From assembly GCA_951406725.2 (NCBI GenBank), contig OX597824.1:19158001-19222000 (forward strand): a stretch of DNA of 64,000 nt. Reading direction: 5' to 3'. Origin of the DNA: Octopus vulgaris (lineage: Eukaryota). A program made the translations under genes and the position numbers. Shown here piece by piece: positions 18,064-31,438 of this stretch. The first letter of the stretch is position 1. Each line of letters starts with the position of its first letter. A model generated the notes under the pieces. The model had not been told where the DNA came from. It was given only the letters and a program-made list of their open reading frames with translations, and made no database searches.

Positions 18064-18549
18064 GCCAGGAACTTTCCAAGGGTTGAAATCGGTATTGACC
18101 GCTCTACTGATCAGTTGAATCACCTGGAATTTGGAATCTGTCTAGTCCAGGTTACTCATGCACGCACCTTAATTAATTAACCAAGTTCTATTTGATACGC
18201 TCTGTATACAAATGAGATACAGACAGACAAACTAAGAGACAGTTAAACAAAGATGGAGAGAAAGGAGAATAACCAAGGTTACTAATGTATTCGGTCTTAC
18301 CTGTGTTTGTAAACACAGGTAATGTGTATGAGACGTCACACAGCGTATAACCTTAACTTTGAATATGTACCCTTATCTACAAAAGTTCGGTTGGCAGGGT
18401 ACAAAACAGTATCCTACAACATATATGCATTCGTACAATCATTCCTAAGCATTGGTACATACATACATACATACATACATACATACATACATACATACAT
18501 ACATACATACATGCATACATACATACATACATGCATACATGCATGCATC

Positions 18550-18705
18550 TCAAGTTCCAAATGTGATACCTGTAATTAATGGGGCGCTGAGAATATGTAA
18601 CGCACTACCTAAATACAAATCTTGAGAAATTAGGCATCTTGAAACCAGAAAGGAGAAAGCTGATTCGAAGACTACAGATCCAATCCATCACTGGAACAAT
18701 AAACC
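18550..18705 (+). mobile_element. R4/Dong-like (RLE) non-LTR retrotransposon C-terminal fragment
   Basis: Frameshifted IPVINGAL / YVTHYLNTNLEKLGILKPERRKLIRRLQIQSITGT; follows a (TACA)n tract. Confidence 0.6.
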
Positions 18706-18719
18706 TTGGGGCTCGGGAG

Positions 18720-18830
18720 GGAGACCGATAAAATAAGTACAAGGCTTAGAGAGAGTAAGTCCTGATGTCGATTTCTTCGACTAAAGGCGGTGCTCCAGCA
18801 TGGCCGCAGTCAAATGAGATATAAAAGAAT
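18720..18830 (+). mobile_element. SINE-A 3' tail
   Basis: GAGACCGATAAAATAAGTAC...GGCGGTGCTCCAGCATGGCCGCAGTC. Confidence 0.85.
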
Positions 18831-18836
18831 ATATAA

Positions 18837-18888
<52 letters not shown>

Positions 18889-18989
18889 CGGAGATGTACT
18901 CGCATAGCAAGTAATTTGATCTGAGATCGTGTGCTGAAACGAAAACAATTGCAGCATTGGCTTCCCTATATAAACTTTTTTTAAATAAA

Positions 18990-19242
18990 ATAAATGCGCC
19001 CTTTTAAAGCCTAGCCAGGCTCATGTGCCCGGTTTCCCAGTTTGTATGGCGTATGTGTTCCCCAGCTGAACGAGACGCCAGTCCATCGCAGCGTTACTCA
19101 TTTTTGCCAGCTGAGTGGACTGGAGCAACGTGAAATGAAGTTTTTTGCTCAAGAACAAAACGAGTCGCCTGGTCCAGGAATCGAAACCACAATCTTACGA
19201 TCATGGTGCTGACACCCTAACCACTAAGCCACGTGCCTCCAC
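18990..19242 (-). mobile_element. SINE-D head + tail Y
   Basis: Minus strand GGAGGCACGTGGCTTAGTGGTTAGGG...CTCCAGTCCACTCAGCTGGCAAAAATGAGTAAC then GCTGCGATGGACTGGCGTCTCG, as in the 21420 copy. Confidence 0.85.
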
Positions 19243-20062
19243 ATATAAACTTTTTAGCTACCTGATATATCGCTATTGACGTCGTATCACCATTTTTGGT
19301 TGAAACTATTTCTCCCTACATTAAACGGTCTGTCCGCCAAGGGTTGACATATTAACAATGTACACATTATGTATACACAATATGTATAAATTTTTATTCT
19401 TGCAAAATTATGCACCGTGGTTAATTAAATAACAGGACTCGGTATATAGGAGTGAATATCAAGCCGAAATGTTTCGCATTTATTAAGATTCTTCAGAGAT
19501 CATTACCTCCAGGATTCCCATAAATCACGTGTGAAATGCAAACCTCTATATACTTGCGAATGCATGGACATCATGTAGCATTATATATGAATACTTATAT
19601 GTAACTTCTATTTACAAATACGAGTAGTTTTATTGTTTACAATAGAAACAACCCGTGTCTATATTTAATATTTGTATATAATGTGTATGTGTCAGAAGGC
19701 ATGTATGATAGCATGGAACTTATAAATTGCGGTTTTAGAAAGAGCTTTAGAAAATTTTATGATTTCATTTGTTCCCCTTGAAGATGAATACAATATCGGT
19801 ACATTTCCATCCATTGTCTGAACAATAATGGAGAGTTAGTTCTTTTATTTCGTTTAGAATAAAAGAAATTCTAGATTGGAGGTGAAATACTTTGTTAAAT
19901 AACATGGCTATAAGGAGAAAGCATCCTCTACATTGTTGTAAGTATATCTCACGTATATATATTCATTTCTACAAGTGCATGTAATGCTCTGCATGGGTGT
20001 ATACAAATGTTCAGGGTATGCTCAATATCGTGCATGCATGTGTATGCTTGTGTGTGTTATAT

Positions 20063-20106
<44 letters not shown>

Positions 20107-20109
20107 ATT

Positions 20110-20560
20110 TATTCTTTTATTTGTTTCAGTCATTTGACTGCGGCCATGCTAGAGCACTGCCTTGAAGGGTGTTTAGTCGAACAAATCGACTCCACGACGT
20201 ATTTTCTAAGCCTAGTACTTATGCTGTCAGTTTCTTTTGCCGATTCGCTAAGTTACGGACACTTAAATGCACCAATACCTATTTCTTTATTACCCACAAG
20301 GGGCTAAGCATAGATGGGACAAACATGGACAGACATAGGTATTAAGTCGATTACATCGAACCCAGTGCTTAACTGGTACTTAATTTATCGACCCCGAAAG
20401 GATGAAAGGCAAAGTCGACTTCGGCGGAATTTGAACTCACAACGTAACGGCAGCCGAAATACCGCTAAGCATTTCGCCCGACGTGCTAACGATTCTGCTA
20501 GCTCGCCGCCTTAATGCACCAATACCGGTTGTCAAGCGATGGTAGTGAGACAAACACACG
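20110..20560 (-). mobile_element. SINE-A 3' half interrupted by SINE-B (20280-20511)
   Basis: 14-bp TSD AATGCACCAATACC at 20266-20279 and 20513-20526. Confidence 0.88.
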
Positions 20561-20574
20561 TAGATATATACATA

Positions 20575-20760
20575 CATGATTAGATCGTTAGCCACTACAC
20601 ACATTTTTATCTCTTCTTGTTTTTCCTGTGTCCCTTCCTGAAGAAGAGCGAGGCTAGAAACGTAAAAGACATTTTCTATTCCTGAGCGTTATACTAATAC
20701 ATCTGTTTGTTTTGTACACCACCTGTCTTCGTCTTTTGATTTTTTCGTGAGCTTTCCTAT
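20575..20760 (+). mobile_element. Penelope-like pLTR remnant with hammerhead motif
   Basis: cttc-CTGAAGA-agagc(gag)gcta-GAAAC-GTA-aaag at 20634-20668. Confidence 0.6.
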
Positions 20761-20763
20761 ATA

Positions 20764-20834
<71 letters not shown>

Positions 20835-20835
<1 letters not shown>

Positions 20836-21026
20836 CCGGAATAAACACATAAATGTGAAACAAGGTGGAAAAAAGAGTACTCAAATACCAGTGGTAGAGT
20901 AATATGCTTTATTTAAAGCAGCAGAAAATTCAACAAAACCTGTTACTCTGAGTAACTCTGTCCGATGAACGGCAACGTGAAACTCAAAGTAACAGGTTTT
21001 GCTGAATTTTCTGCTGCTTTGAATAA

Positions 21027-21028
<2 letters not shown>
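20835..21028. mobile_element. Penelope-like pLTR with partial fold-back and hammerhead motif
   Basis: Inverted arms about 20907-20953 / 20982-21027; ctgt-CCGATGA-acg(gcaa)cgt-GAAAC-tcaaa-GTA-acag at 20958-20995; related copy at 32205-32357. Confidence 0.7.
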
Positions 21029-21080
<52 letters not shown>

Positions 21081-21082
<2 letters not shown>

Positions 21083-21218
21083 TGTGTTTACGTCCCCGTA
21101 ACTTAGCGGTTCGGTAAAAGAGACCGACAGAATAAGTAATAGTCTATTTGCTCGACTAAAGGCGGTGCTCCAGCATGGCCACAGTCAAAATGAATGAAAC
21201 AAATAAAAGAGTAAAAGA
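21081..21218 (+). mobile_element. SINE-A 3' half
   Basis: Tail homology. Confidence 0.85.
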
Positions 21219-21419
21219 GAACTTGCCTCAAAGACCCGGTCATGAGATATGAAGATAGACATGGAAGAAAGGTTGCGGCAACCCCAAGTTCTTTAGACAA
21301 CCATGTCGTTCTTTTATCCAAGAAGGCGAAGAAGATAACCTTGAATGAATTTACTGTCCGATCACGACTTTCTGTAGAAGAATACCAAATCCGGAACCGT
21401 TTTTCAGGCATGACGTTTC

Positions 21420-21723
21420 ACGTGGAGGCGCATGGACTAGTGGTTAGAGCAGCGGACTCGCGGTCGAGGGATCGCAGGTTCGAATCTCAGACCGGGTGAT
21501 GTGTGGGTTTATGAGCGAAACACCTAAGCTCCAAGTGGCTCCGGCTGAAGGTAATGGCGAGCTTCTGCTGACTCTTTCACCACAACTTTCTCTCACTCTT
21601 TCCTCCTGCATCTTGTAGCTCACCTGCGATGGACCGGCGTCTCGTCCAGGTGGGGAACCTATGCGCCAAGGAAACCGGGGAAACCGGCCCTTATGAGACA
21701 GGGATGGCTCGAGGGGGAACAAA
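21420..21723 (+). mobile_element. SINE-C head + tail Y
   Basis: tRNA-like head GGAGGCGCATGGACTAGTGGTTAG...GGTTCGAATCTC; 11-bp TSD CATGACGTTTC at 21409-21419 and 21724-21734. Confidence 0.9.
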
Positions 21724-22180
21724 CATGACGTTTCCTAGTCAAGATGAGTTCTGGAAGATTAGATGCACCGACGGTATGGAGGTTATTCAGACCCCGCGGG
21801 GTATCACGAGGAGAAACAAAGACAGGCGATAACAGGCTGGTGTGGGCAGCAGAGAGAGAGAGAGTTTTGCTAGTAGTGGAGCAAAAGAGTGCAGTTACGA
21901 TAGAAAACAGGAGGAAAAGGTGGTCAATGATTTGACGACCACTGCTCGCTATCCATCATGAGAGATTGGGAGTTCAGCGTCGAAACATCCATTCATTATT
22001 GGAAAACATCTGAGGGCACCAAATTCCTCATGATCAAAGTTACATTCACAGAAAGGTGAATGAAGAAGCAGCTATTTTTTTTATATGCAATTATTCAGAT
22101 ATACACATATGCATGTATGTGAGAATGAATACCTGTGCGTATATATGTGAATGTATAAGCATTCAAATGATATACACGTG

Positions 22181-22238
<58 letters not shown>

Positions 22239-22271
22239 AAGGAGTAAATTACGCGTGTGCACGTAACTATT

Positions 22272-22343
<72 letters not shown>

Positions 22344-22527
22344 ATATATATATATGCATACATATATCATTATATATTATATATATGTGCGTATGTACGT
22401 ATGTGTGTGTATATATGTATATGCACATATATATGTAGGCATACTCACGTAATATATACATGAATGTATATGCATATAAGCATTTATTTATGCATACATG
22501 CATGCATGTGTGATTGCATGAATGTGT

Positions 22528-22572
<45 letters not shown>

Positions 22573-22775
22573 TGCATATATATATATATATACATACATA
22601 TATGTATGCGTATGTAGTGATATGTTATATAAACACAAACGCATACATACTTACATACACACAGAGACACACACATATATATGTATGTATGTATGTATGT
22701 ATGCATCTATATATATGTATATGTATATGTGTGTATGTATATATATACATATATATATATATATACATACACAAG

Positions 22776-22857
<82 letters not shown>

Positions 22858-23296
22858 CGACACTGTGTTAATGAAATTAGTTGTAAATACTGATTTTTTT
22901 TTCGATGTCAAATGATCGTTATACTTTATTTTCCGTTCGATCGATGGCCAGCGTTGATAATTTTACAAATGGCAATGTTACCTGGAAGAATCAGTTTTCT
23001 GTAAGATATATTTCGACTTGACAACATTATAGGCTACAAAAAAAACAAAAAAACAACAAAACAAGAGCAACAAACACAGAAGAAGCAAAAAAACAAAATG
23101 GCGGTTAAAGAAGTCTACCGGTCTCGCGATCTTTAAATGAGTTACATTGTTCTTTGACTGAATGCCTTCATAATGTGCTGAAAACCGCCATATTCTCAAT
23201 AGTGTCGAACTACTCAAATACGTGTGGAAGACATTTTGAATTTTCGTGTTGAATTTTTGTTTTGCTTGCGCGCGCGTGTGTGTGTGATTATGTGTG

Positions 23297-23364
<68 letters not shown>

Positions 23365-23696
23365 ATTATTTTGGCATGTATATAATAATGTGGATACATG
23401 TATGTATGGTATGGCTGTTTGAACTTACGCTTGTGCACGTGTTCCTGTGTCAGAAACTATATGTGTGTGTGGGTGTCTGTTTGCGCGTTCGTGTGGATAT
23501 ATATATGTATGTATGTATGTATAACTAAATATATATATATATGTGTGTGTGTGCATGTATATGCATGTATATCATGTATATGAATGAGCATATATATATA
23601 TACACACACACACATTTATATATATTCATATTTATATATATATATATAAAGTTAATGCATGCGCAAATACACACATATATGTATACACATATGTAC

Positions 23697-23735
<39 letters not shown>

Positions 23736-23817
23736 TATATGCATATATGTGTGTGTGTGTTTGCATGTGTGTATATATGAATGCATGTGTGTATACATGA
23801 ATATATGAGTGTGTGTG

Positions 23818-23866
<49 letters not shown>

Positions 23867-24394
23867 GAGTAGTTAGTTGTATGTGTGTGTGTGTGATCTG
23901 TGTGTAAGCGTTAGTGCATGCGATTTTCTCAAGTCGACGAAACGCCAAAGGCAAAAGGACTGTTCGTTGCAATCTGTGAACTTCACAATTTGACGGACTC
24001 AATTATTGCCATATCCATAAAAATCAACAAAGAATTTATTCCTACATATTTCCTTGACGATCTTGTTATTTATTTTCATAATTTATTTTAGTAGTTATTA
24101 TCGTATTTCTCGGTGCTTTATTTAATATTACATTTCTATTCTTCTTTCGTCATATTTTTCCAGTTTCCATTTTTTTTTTAATTGAATAAAAAAAAAAGTT
24201 AAAAACAAATTAGAATGAAATGATAATGAAATCGGGTAGCAAAAAAAAAAAATAATAATAAGATATGAACAATGTATTGTAGAATTAAAAATTCTTTAAA
24301 TCTCGAAATAAAATAATACAGAAAAATTCTTAATATGGGAAAGAAATGTATTTAAATTATGATGGATTTTCAGAGAAATGTATAATAGAAATTA

Positions 24395-24492
<98 letters not shown>

Positions 24493-24848
24493 GCTATTAT
24501 TATTATTATTATTATTGTTGTTGTTCTTGATGTTGTTGATTTTTTTTTATATTAACGTCTTAGTTCTTGAAATTAGTTCGTTTGTTTTTTGGAAATGTCT
24601 AATTGTTTTCCTTGTTAGATCGTGCAAGAACTATCCTTATGAAAATATATTTTATAGTGTTTTCATAATAAAATAGTCCAATTAAAGCCACTATTTAGAA
24701 ATGACCTCTCTAATTAGCTACTTTGATATATAACTGCTACGTTGACATGAGAGAAGGGGGTGGAAACAAAACACACACACACATACACACATGTATGTAT
24801 GTATATATATATATATATATAATATATATATATATAGATATATATATA

Positions 24849-24931
<83 letters not shown>

Positions 24932-26374
24932 TATATACATACATATATATATAATTCTAAATGGCTGGCGTTTTAAAATGGAAATCAAGCCTATTTAAAC
25001 TTTTCACTAGAATGTATTTAAGCACCGAAACTGCTGGCTACAAAAAAAAAAAAAAAATGGCGAGGGAGAGTGAAAGAGAAGAACGTAGAAAGGAATAAAA
25101 GGAAAGAAAGGGGAGAGGAAGAAAACAGTAGAGTATTGGGTGGGGAGTGTGAAGGAAATGAAGAAATAAATATTATGGCAAAAGAATATTTGATAATAAA
25201 GAGAATGCTAATGTTTGCTTAATCGGGAAGGCAGAAGTTTAGGCTTAGACGGGCGATAAAGTACGCCATGAAAAGGGGACGTTTTATAGTTTACAGTACC
25301 TTGCTCACGCTAACTTTACTGTACCGAATTTCAAATCCCAGCGGGCGGGTGGCGTAGGGCTGCGACTTTCTTTCAATTTTTAACTTTTATCCTCGTGATA
25401 TTGATAAAAAGAAGTAGCAGGCAGATGAATCTTTGCTTAAAGTTTTGGTGCACTCTGCAAAAAAAAAAAAAAAAAAAGGATTTTCTGCACACGCTGCAAA
25501 ATGTTCTGGGTGAAAATGACCCCTCGGATTAATATATTTGATATATCAAATTTAATTGAGATATTATGTTCTCCGACGACTTAAATGCAAGACGAATATA
25601 AAACCTCTTCCCTTATATTTTCCCTTTATTCATAACATAAAGATGAATCATGTAAAATATCGGTGTATTACTTCTACAGAAGAATATGTATAATACTATA
25701 ACATATTAAAATAAATCTATATAAGTGCTATTGCAGCTGGCCAACCAACAGGATTGGGTGATTAGACAGCAAAGTTAAGGGTAAGCAGTTATCAGTATCT
25801 TTGAACGTTATCTATGATTTAGAAACACCAAACACTCGATGTCTCAGTTCATATACTAATAAACAAATATCTTACCAAGGGCTGCACAAGCCGGTAAGGA
25901 TGTTAAACTCAGTACGAAGTACGTACATTGTATAAATAACAAATGTTGTGTTTTTGCAGGCGGATGGGAGTGAGGGTTAATTACTGAATCAGAGAAGAAA
26001 AAGCAGCACTTAAATTCTGTTTTTGCGGCACCTGAGATTGGTGGAAAGAATGCAAGCAGTAATTAGCAAACTTGAGACCGGGTCCAAATGTTTGTTGGAT
26101 GATGGATTTCTTTAAAAGCAAAGCAGCCAAAAGCGAACATAGGGGTGTTAAACCGGGCGACGTATCACGTATACTGCTCTAAAACAAGGACAGTCCTTTC
26201 GATGTGTGCCCCCGTATTTGTTCTCGCGTGTTAGGTTTCGTCCATTAGAGTATTAGTTAGCTCCTGAATGTGAGAGAAGATGCTGCATTCGCTCAAGATA
26301 CCATAGAGTACAATTGAACTCTTAGTCATGTTGTTTCGAAGCGAACTTTGCAGCCACACAACCATGTCTGCATC

Positions 26375-26772
26375 ACAGGCTTGACTGTGTAATAAGAACT
26401 TTGTTTCCCAACCACATGGTTCTGGGTTCAATCCCACTGCGTGGCACATTGGGCAAGTGTCTTCTACTGTACCCTCGCCCCGACCAAAGCCCTGTGGGTG
26501 GATTTGGTAGACGGAAACTGAAAGAAGCCCGTCGTATATATGTGTTTGTATGTGTGTGTGTGCATGTCTATGTGTGTTTGTGTGCTTGTGCCTGTGTTTG
26601 TCCCCCACCACTGATTCACATCCGGTGTTGGTGTGATTTCGTCACCGTTAATTAGTGGTTCGACAAAATAGACCGATAAAATAAGTACCAGGCTTAAAAA
26701 TGAGTAAGCACCGGAGTCAATTCGTTCGACTCCAGCATGGGCGCAGTTTCCTGAATGACACAGGTAAGAGGC
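26375..26772 (+). mobile_element. SINE-A, diverged full-length copy
   Basis: Head, internal TG tract and tail all recognisable. Confidence 0.85.
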
Positions 26773-27647
26773 AAAATTTAAAGATGTGTGTCTTTGTGTG
26801 TTGGTGTGTGTTTGTGTATGTGTGCATGTGTATTTGTGTGTATGTATGTGTGTGTAAGTGAGTGTGTATGTGTTTGTGTGTGTACGTGTGCTTGTGTGTG
26901 TAACTGTGTGTGTATGTGTGTATGTTTGTGTGTGCGTTTGCGTGTGTGTCTGTGTGTGCTTGCGTGCGTCTGAGTATGTTTGTGTGTCTGTGTGTACATA
27001 TGTTTGTATAACTGTGTGTGTAACAGTGTGTGTAACTGAAATGTTTGTGTATGTGTGTACGTTTGTGTGTGTTTGTGTCTGTGTCTGTTTGTGTGTGCGT
27101 GCGTTTGAGTATGTGTGTGTCTGTCTTTGTATGTGTGTGTGTGTGTGTGTGTGTGTCTGTGTGTGTGCGTGCGCCTGTGTATGTGTGTGTGAATATTCTT
27201 TTCCGCGTTTGATTGCTTAAGATCTTCCTATAAGCAAAGACCTGGTTATTAGCAAAGATACAAGGACCCGTCGTTAAACTATAGGTAACAGAAAAAAAAA
27301 ACCCCAAAACAAGTATTTGATACAAGCCACAACTCAATTAACTGGGAGTCAAAGGATGACTAAATTGTGAATAATTCAACTGTCTTGCAGATCTTATATA
27401 CCACGTAGCCCTCCGTTAGCTACATTTAGAAATGAGGCGCCATATTGTTAAACAAAGATTCAACCCTCGCATGAAACCGGTCCTCATCAGATATTACTGC
27501 AATGGCCTCTGATAAACGCAATCACCAAGCACCAAGCACCAAGCAACGCCACACCAAATATCTGATTACCTCACTCCCATTAGCATTGAGGGCTTAGCTA
27601 CTCATATATTCATACATACATATATATACATATACATATACATATAC

Positions 27648-27730
<83 letters not shown>

Positions 27731-27980
27731 CATATATGCAATATCTCGGTATCAGTTAGAAAATAAGGGTAGTGCTGATAAAGAGCCGCGTAGGATTATT
27801 TGTGGAGTCTCAGTTTCGCTGTCTTGGGTGTATGATACGAATTCCTAATCCTACCTGGGATCCATTTCCCTTCCATTCCTGCGTCTTTGATAAGATAAGA
27901 AATATTAATGCGCCGGTATGTATATACCTCATGTACGTATGTATGTACATATGTATATGAATATACATATATATGTATAC

Positions 27981-28041
<61 letters not shown>

Positions 28042-28185
28042 CATATATCATTAAAGACACTTCGCTCTTTGTCTCTCACTCTCTCTCTCTCTCTATTTTT
28101 TCTTTCTCTGTTACTCTTTCTCTCATTATGTATGTGTGTATATATATATATATATAAAGATATAGATATATAGATATATATACAT

Positions 28186-28279
<94 letters not shown>

Positions 28280-29044
28280 TACATATATATATATGCATTG
28301 ATACATACGTGTGTGTGTTTGTATCTGACTCCATCAACATGTCCGTATCATGTGCGCAGTTATCTTTCATAACTTCGTACAATATTCATCATAAGTGTAT
28401 ATGTATGCGTTATTTAATCTGTCTGTCTGTGTGAACCCGTGTGTGTGTGTGTGTGTATGTGTGTGTGTGTGTGTGCTTCTGATCAAGCGTGGCTGTCTAC
28501 ACACGTCTAGTTACTCACCTAACTCTGCATATCCTTACACACATTCTCACACATGCATCTATACGTGCAAGCGAATACGCACGCACACACATACACATAC
28601 ACACGCACACACATACATACACACACACACACACGCACACAAACACACACACGCGTATACAAATATATGATTATATGTTTTTCATTTGAAATCTTAATCC
28701 GGGATTTAGCGAATATCGCGCGTATATAATTCTAAATGAGACTGGTGTCAACGCCCGGACGCTACATGGTTTCTTAGCTTCCAAGACATAGCAGTCAAAT
28801 CGTCTTGAATTCATCCTATTTTTTTAAAGAATTTACAGACTCATAAGAAAAGATGGGGGTAATAGTAGATGGTCGTATTTGGAACGTCTTTGGTCAAAGA
28901 TCTGCCCCAAAAGAGTTGTCTTGGTGGGAAACAACAACTGCAACATCAGTAATAATTTAGATGTAAAGGCTGGCATATAGTACAGTGTATATCTGAGTCA
29001 TTGAACTGTGGCCATGCTGGAGCACTGCCTTGAAGAGTTTAGTC

Positions 29045-29244
29045 TAGCGATCTTCAAAGTGGTTGATATCGACCCTGGGGGGTCTATGGGGCTATTCAAG
29101 GGGTCGATAAATGCCTGAGACTGCACATCTACTTAATTATTATTACTATTTATTAATTTATTTTCTTGTACGTGCCTGGGGTTCGATGAGGGAGTCAAGT
29201 ATTCCATGAAGGGGTCAATGGTCTAAAGAGTCGAGGGAAACCAG
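29045..29244. mobile_element. hAT-type MITE nested in a SINE-A fragment (28995-29400)
   Basis: 8-bp TSD GTTTAGTC at 29037-29044 and 29245-29252; decayed Charlie-like ends. Confidence 0.7.
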
Positions 29245-29443
29245 GTTTAGTCAAACAAACTGATTCCGGTACTTATTTTAAAAGGTATGGTAATTGTTCG
29301 GCTTCCTATGCCTAGCCAATGGCTTACGGGGATGTAAACAAACCAATACCGACAGTCAAGTGATGGAACGGGGTGACAACTATGATTACACACATACATT
29401 ATATATACATACAAGCATATATATATATATACACACACACACA

Positions 29444-29544
29444 CGAAGGGTGTATCAAAAGTTTTGGGCCTTGAAGTATCGTACCTTCATCAGAAATTTT
29501 GTAACGTTTTTTTTTGAGGTTCAAGACTTTTCATACACCCCTCG
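29444..29544. mobile_element. About 100-bp mariner-type MITE
   Basis: TIRs CGAAGGGTGTATCAAAAGT / ACTTTTCATACACCCCTCG followed by TA. Confidence 0.75.
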
Positions 29545-29548
29545 TATG

Positions 29549-29587
<39 letters not shown>

Positions 29588-29644
29588 GCATAAATACATA
29601 CATATATGTACATACCTACATAAATATGTATACATACATGCATA

Positions 29645-29865
29645 TATGGGTACAGGACATCAAAAAAACGTTGAATACAATGAGAAACGAAAACATAAAA
29701 ACAAAAACATGGAAACGAACTATTTTTTAAACAACGAAAGAACGGACCACAAAACATACAACACAAGGAATATTCCCCTTCTTCAGTTGTCCCTGTTTCG
29801 TCTACTCCGCGTTTCGAAGGTAAGGACAAGACGCGACTTCGTTGAAACAGTCCTTCCCGCAAAGC
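29645..29865 (-). mobile_element. Putative Penelope-like pLTR family (homolog of 16186-16400 and 63640-63800)
   Basis: Shared terminus and CTGAAGAAGGGGAATATTCC motif; two GAAAC boxes upstream. Confidence 0.55.
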
Positions 29866-29883
29866 ATATATATATGAAAGTCT

Positions 29884-30323
29884 ATGAGAATTACTTAATA
29901 CAGTTTTGAAGTGCAAAGGTGATTTTTTTTCTTTGATTATATTTTTAAAAAAACGTTATGAAATCTTTATCAGGATGTTAACTAACCTTCTTTGGGAAGC
30001 AGTTCTTTTGTCTAGTGTCCGAGCACTTTCGTTTCACCTTTCCAAACACACGTTCTCTTAAAGAGGAAGTTATTATTTTTTTGAGGTAGTGGTAGTATCA
30101 ATTACTTCGGGTTTTATTTTCGGATTTTCGGTTTTGGTCATAAATATTCTTTTACCATCGTTTATTATACGACAGAGTGTTCGTTATTTTCGGTTTAATT
30201 TCGGATTTAGAATTCTCATAAAGTATTCTTTATTGCTTTTTGCAGTTGAACATTTTCGTCGTTTATTTTGTAAAATGGGAATATCCTGAATTTTCCCTTT
30301 CCACAGATATCTAGATGATGCAT
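29884..30323 (-). mobile_element. Penelope-like element 3' end: GIY-YIG endonuclease C-terminus plus 3' UTR/pLTR
   Basis: Minus strand [28 protein letters not shown] / KEYFMRILNPKLNRK* (one frameshift, about 30323-30184); UTR part duplicated at 34505-34657. Confidence 0.7.
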
Positions 30324-30345
30324 TGCTAAGAGATGATTCCCTATA

Positions 30346-30391
<46 letters not shown>

Positions 30392-30431
30392 TTACATATA
30401 TATATACATTTATATATATATATATATATAC

Positions 30432-30472
<41 letters not shown>

Positions 30473-30704
30473 TTATATATATATATGGGAAAAAAGTCAA
30501 GATAGAAAATGCTAAAGTAATTTTATAAAAAACATTTCAATCATTGAGACTTTTTTCAGCTGTAACAATTAAATAATTAAATTTAGAAAAATTTAAAGAA
30601 AAGTTTTTTTAAAAGAATGTTTGTATAGTATTCAAATACAAGTGGCATTTTACTTCCACACACGCCAGCTAAATTTAATTCGTCCTTAGTCCAAAGACAC
30701 TTGT

Positions 30705-31010
30705 TGTTATGTCCTGTTATTTGTATTTGTATAACTTTCTCCGATTTTTCCATCCTTGTTTGCGTATACATTCGCTGCTTTCTTCCAAGGAATCTAATGC
30801 TCTTAGCTTAGTTTTTCCTTGAGGCTGGCCAGGTTGGAGCAATCTCGAGTATAACCAGCCGAAATTGCAAAGATAATCTGGAACTCGACTGAGGAAAGAA
30901 AACTCCGAATGACTCGTCCTTGTTTTCTTTGTGTCGTCTAGCTGGATGTTTTGTTGTCCCTTTCTTTTATCACCTATCTGTCTGGATGTTTTACGTTCTT
31001 GTCCCATTTT
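30705..31010 (+). mobile_element. Putative Penelope-like pLTR with two degenerate hammerhead-like units
   Basis: TTGA-ggctgg...ccagcc-GAAA (30819-30864) followed by CTGAGGA...GAAT (30889-30910); partial copy at 2620-2755. Confidence 0.5.
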
Positions 31011-31019
31011 ATATATATA

Positions 31020-31438
31020 GGCGCAGGAGTGGCTGTGTGGTAAGTAGCTTGCTAACCAACCACATGGTTCCGGGTTCAGTCCCACTGCGTGGCATCTTGG
31101 GCAAGTGTCTTCTGCTATAGCCCCGGGTCGACCAATGCCTTGTGAGTGGATTTGGTAGACGGAAACTGAAAGAAGCCTGTCGTATATATGTGTATATATA
31201 TGTATGTGTGTTTGTTTGTGTGTCTGTGTTTGTCCCCCTAGCATTGCTTGACAACCGATGCTGGTGTGTTTATGTCCCCGTCACTTAGCGGTTCGGCAAA
31301 AGAGACCGATAGCATAAGTACTGGGCTTACAAAAAAAGAATAAGTCCCGGGGTCGAGTCACTCGACTAAAGGCGGTGCTCCAGCATGGCCGCAGTCAAAG
31401 GACTGAAACAAGTAAAAGAGTAAAAGAGAGTAAAGAGT
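31020..31438 (+). mobile_element. SINE-A, full length (reference copy)
   Basis: A/B boxes, CORE-like TTGGGCAAGT, internal microsatellite, (GAGTAAAA)n tail. Confidence 0.93.

Noticed and set aside
27430-27490. atgag...gcat-GAAAC-cg-GTC-ctcat hammerhead-like 3' half
   Set aside because: 5' core box (GCGCCATA) is non-canonical and there is no second copy to test; too degenerate
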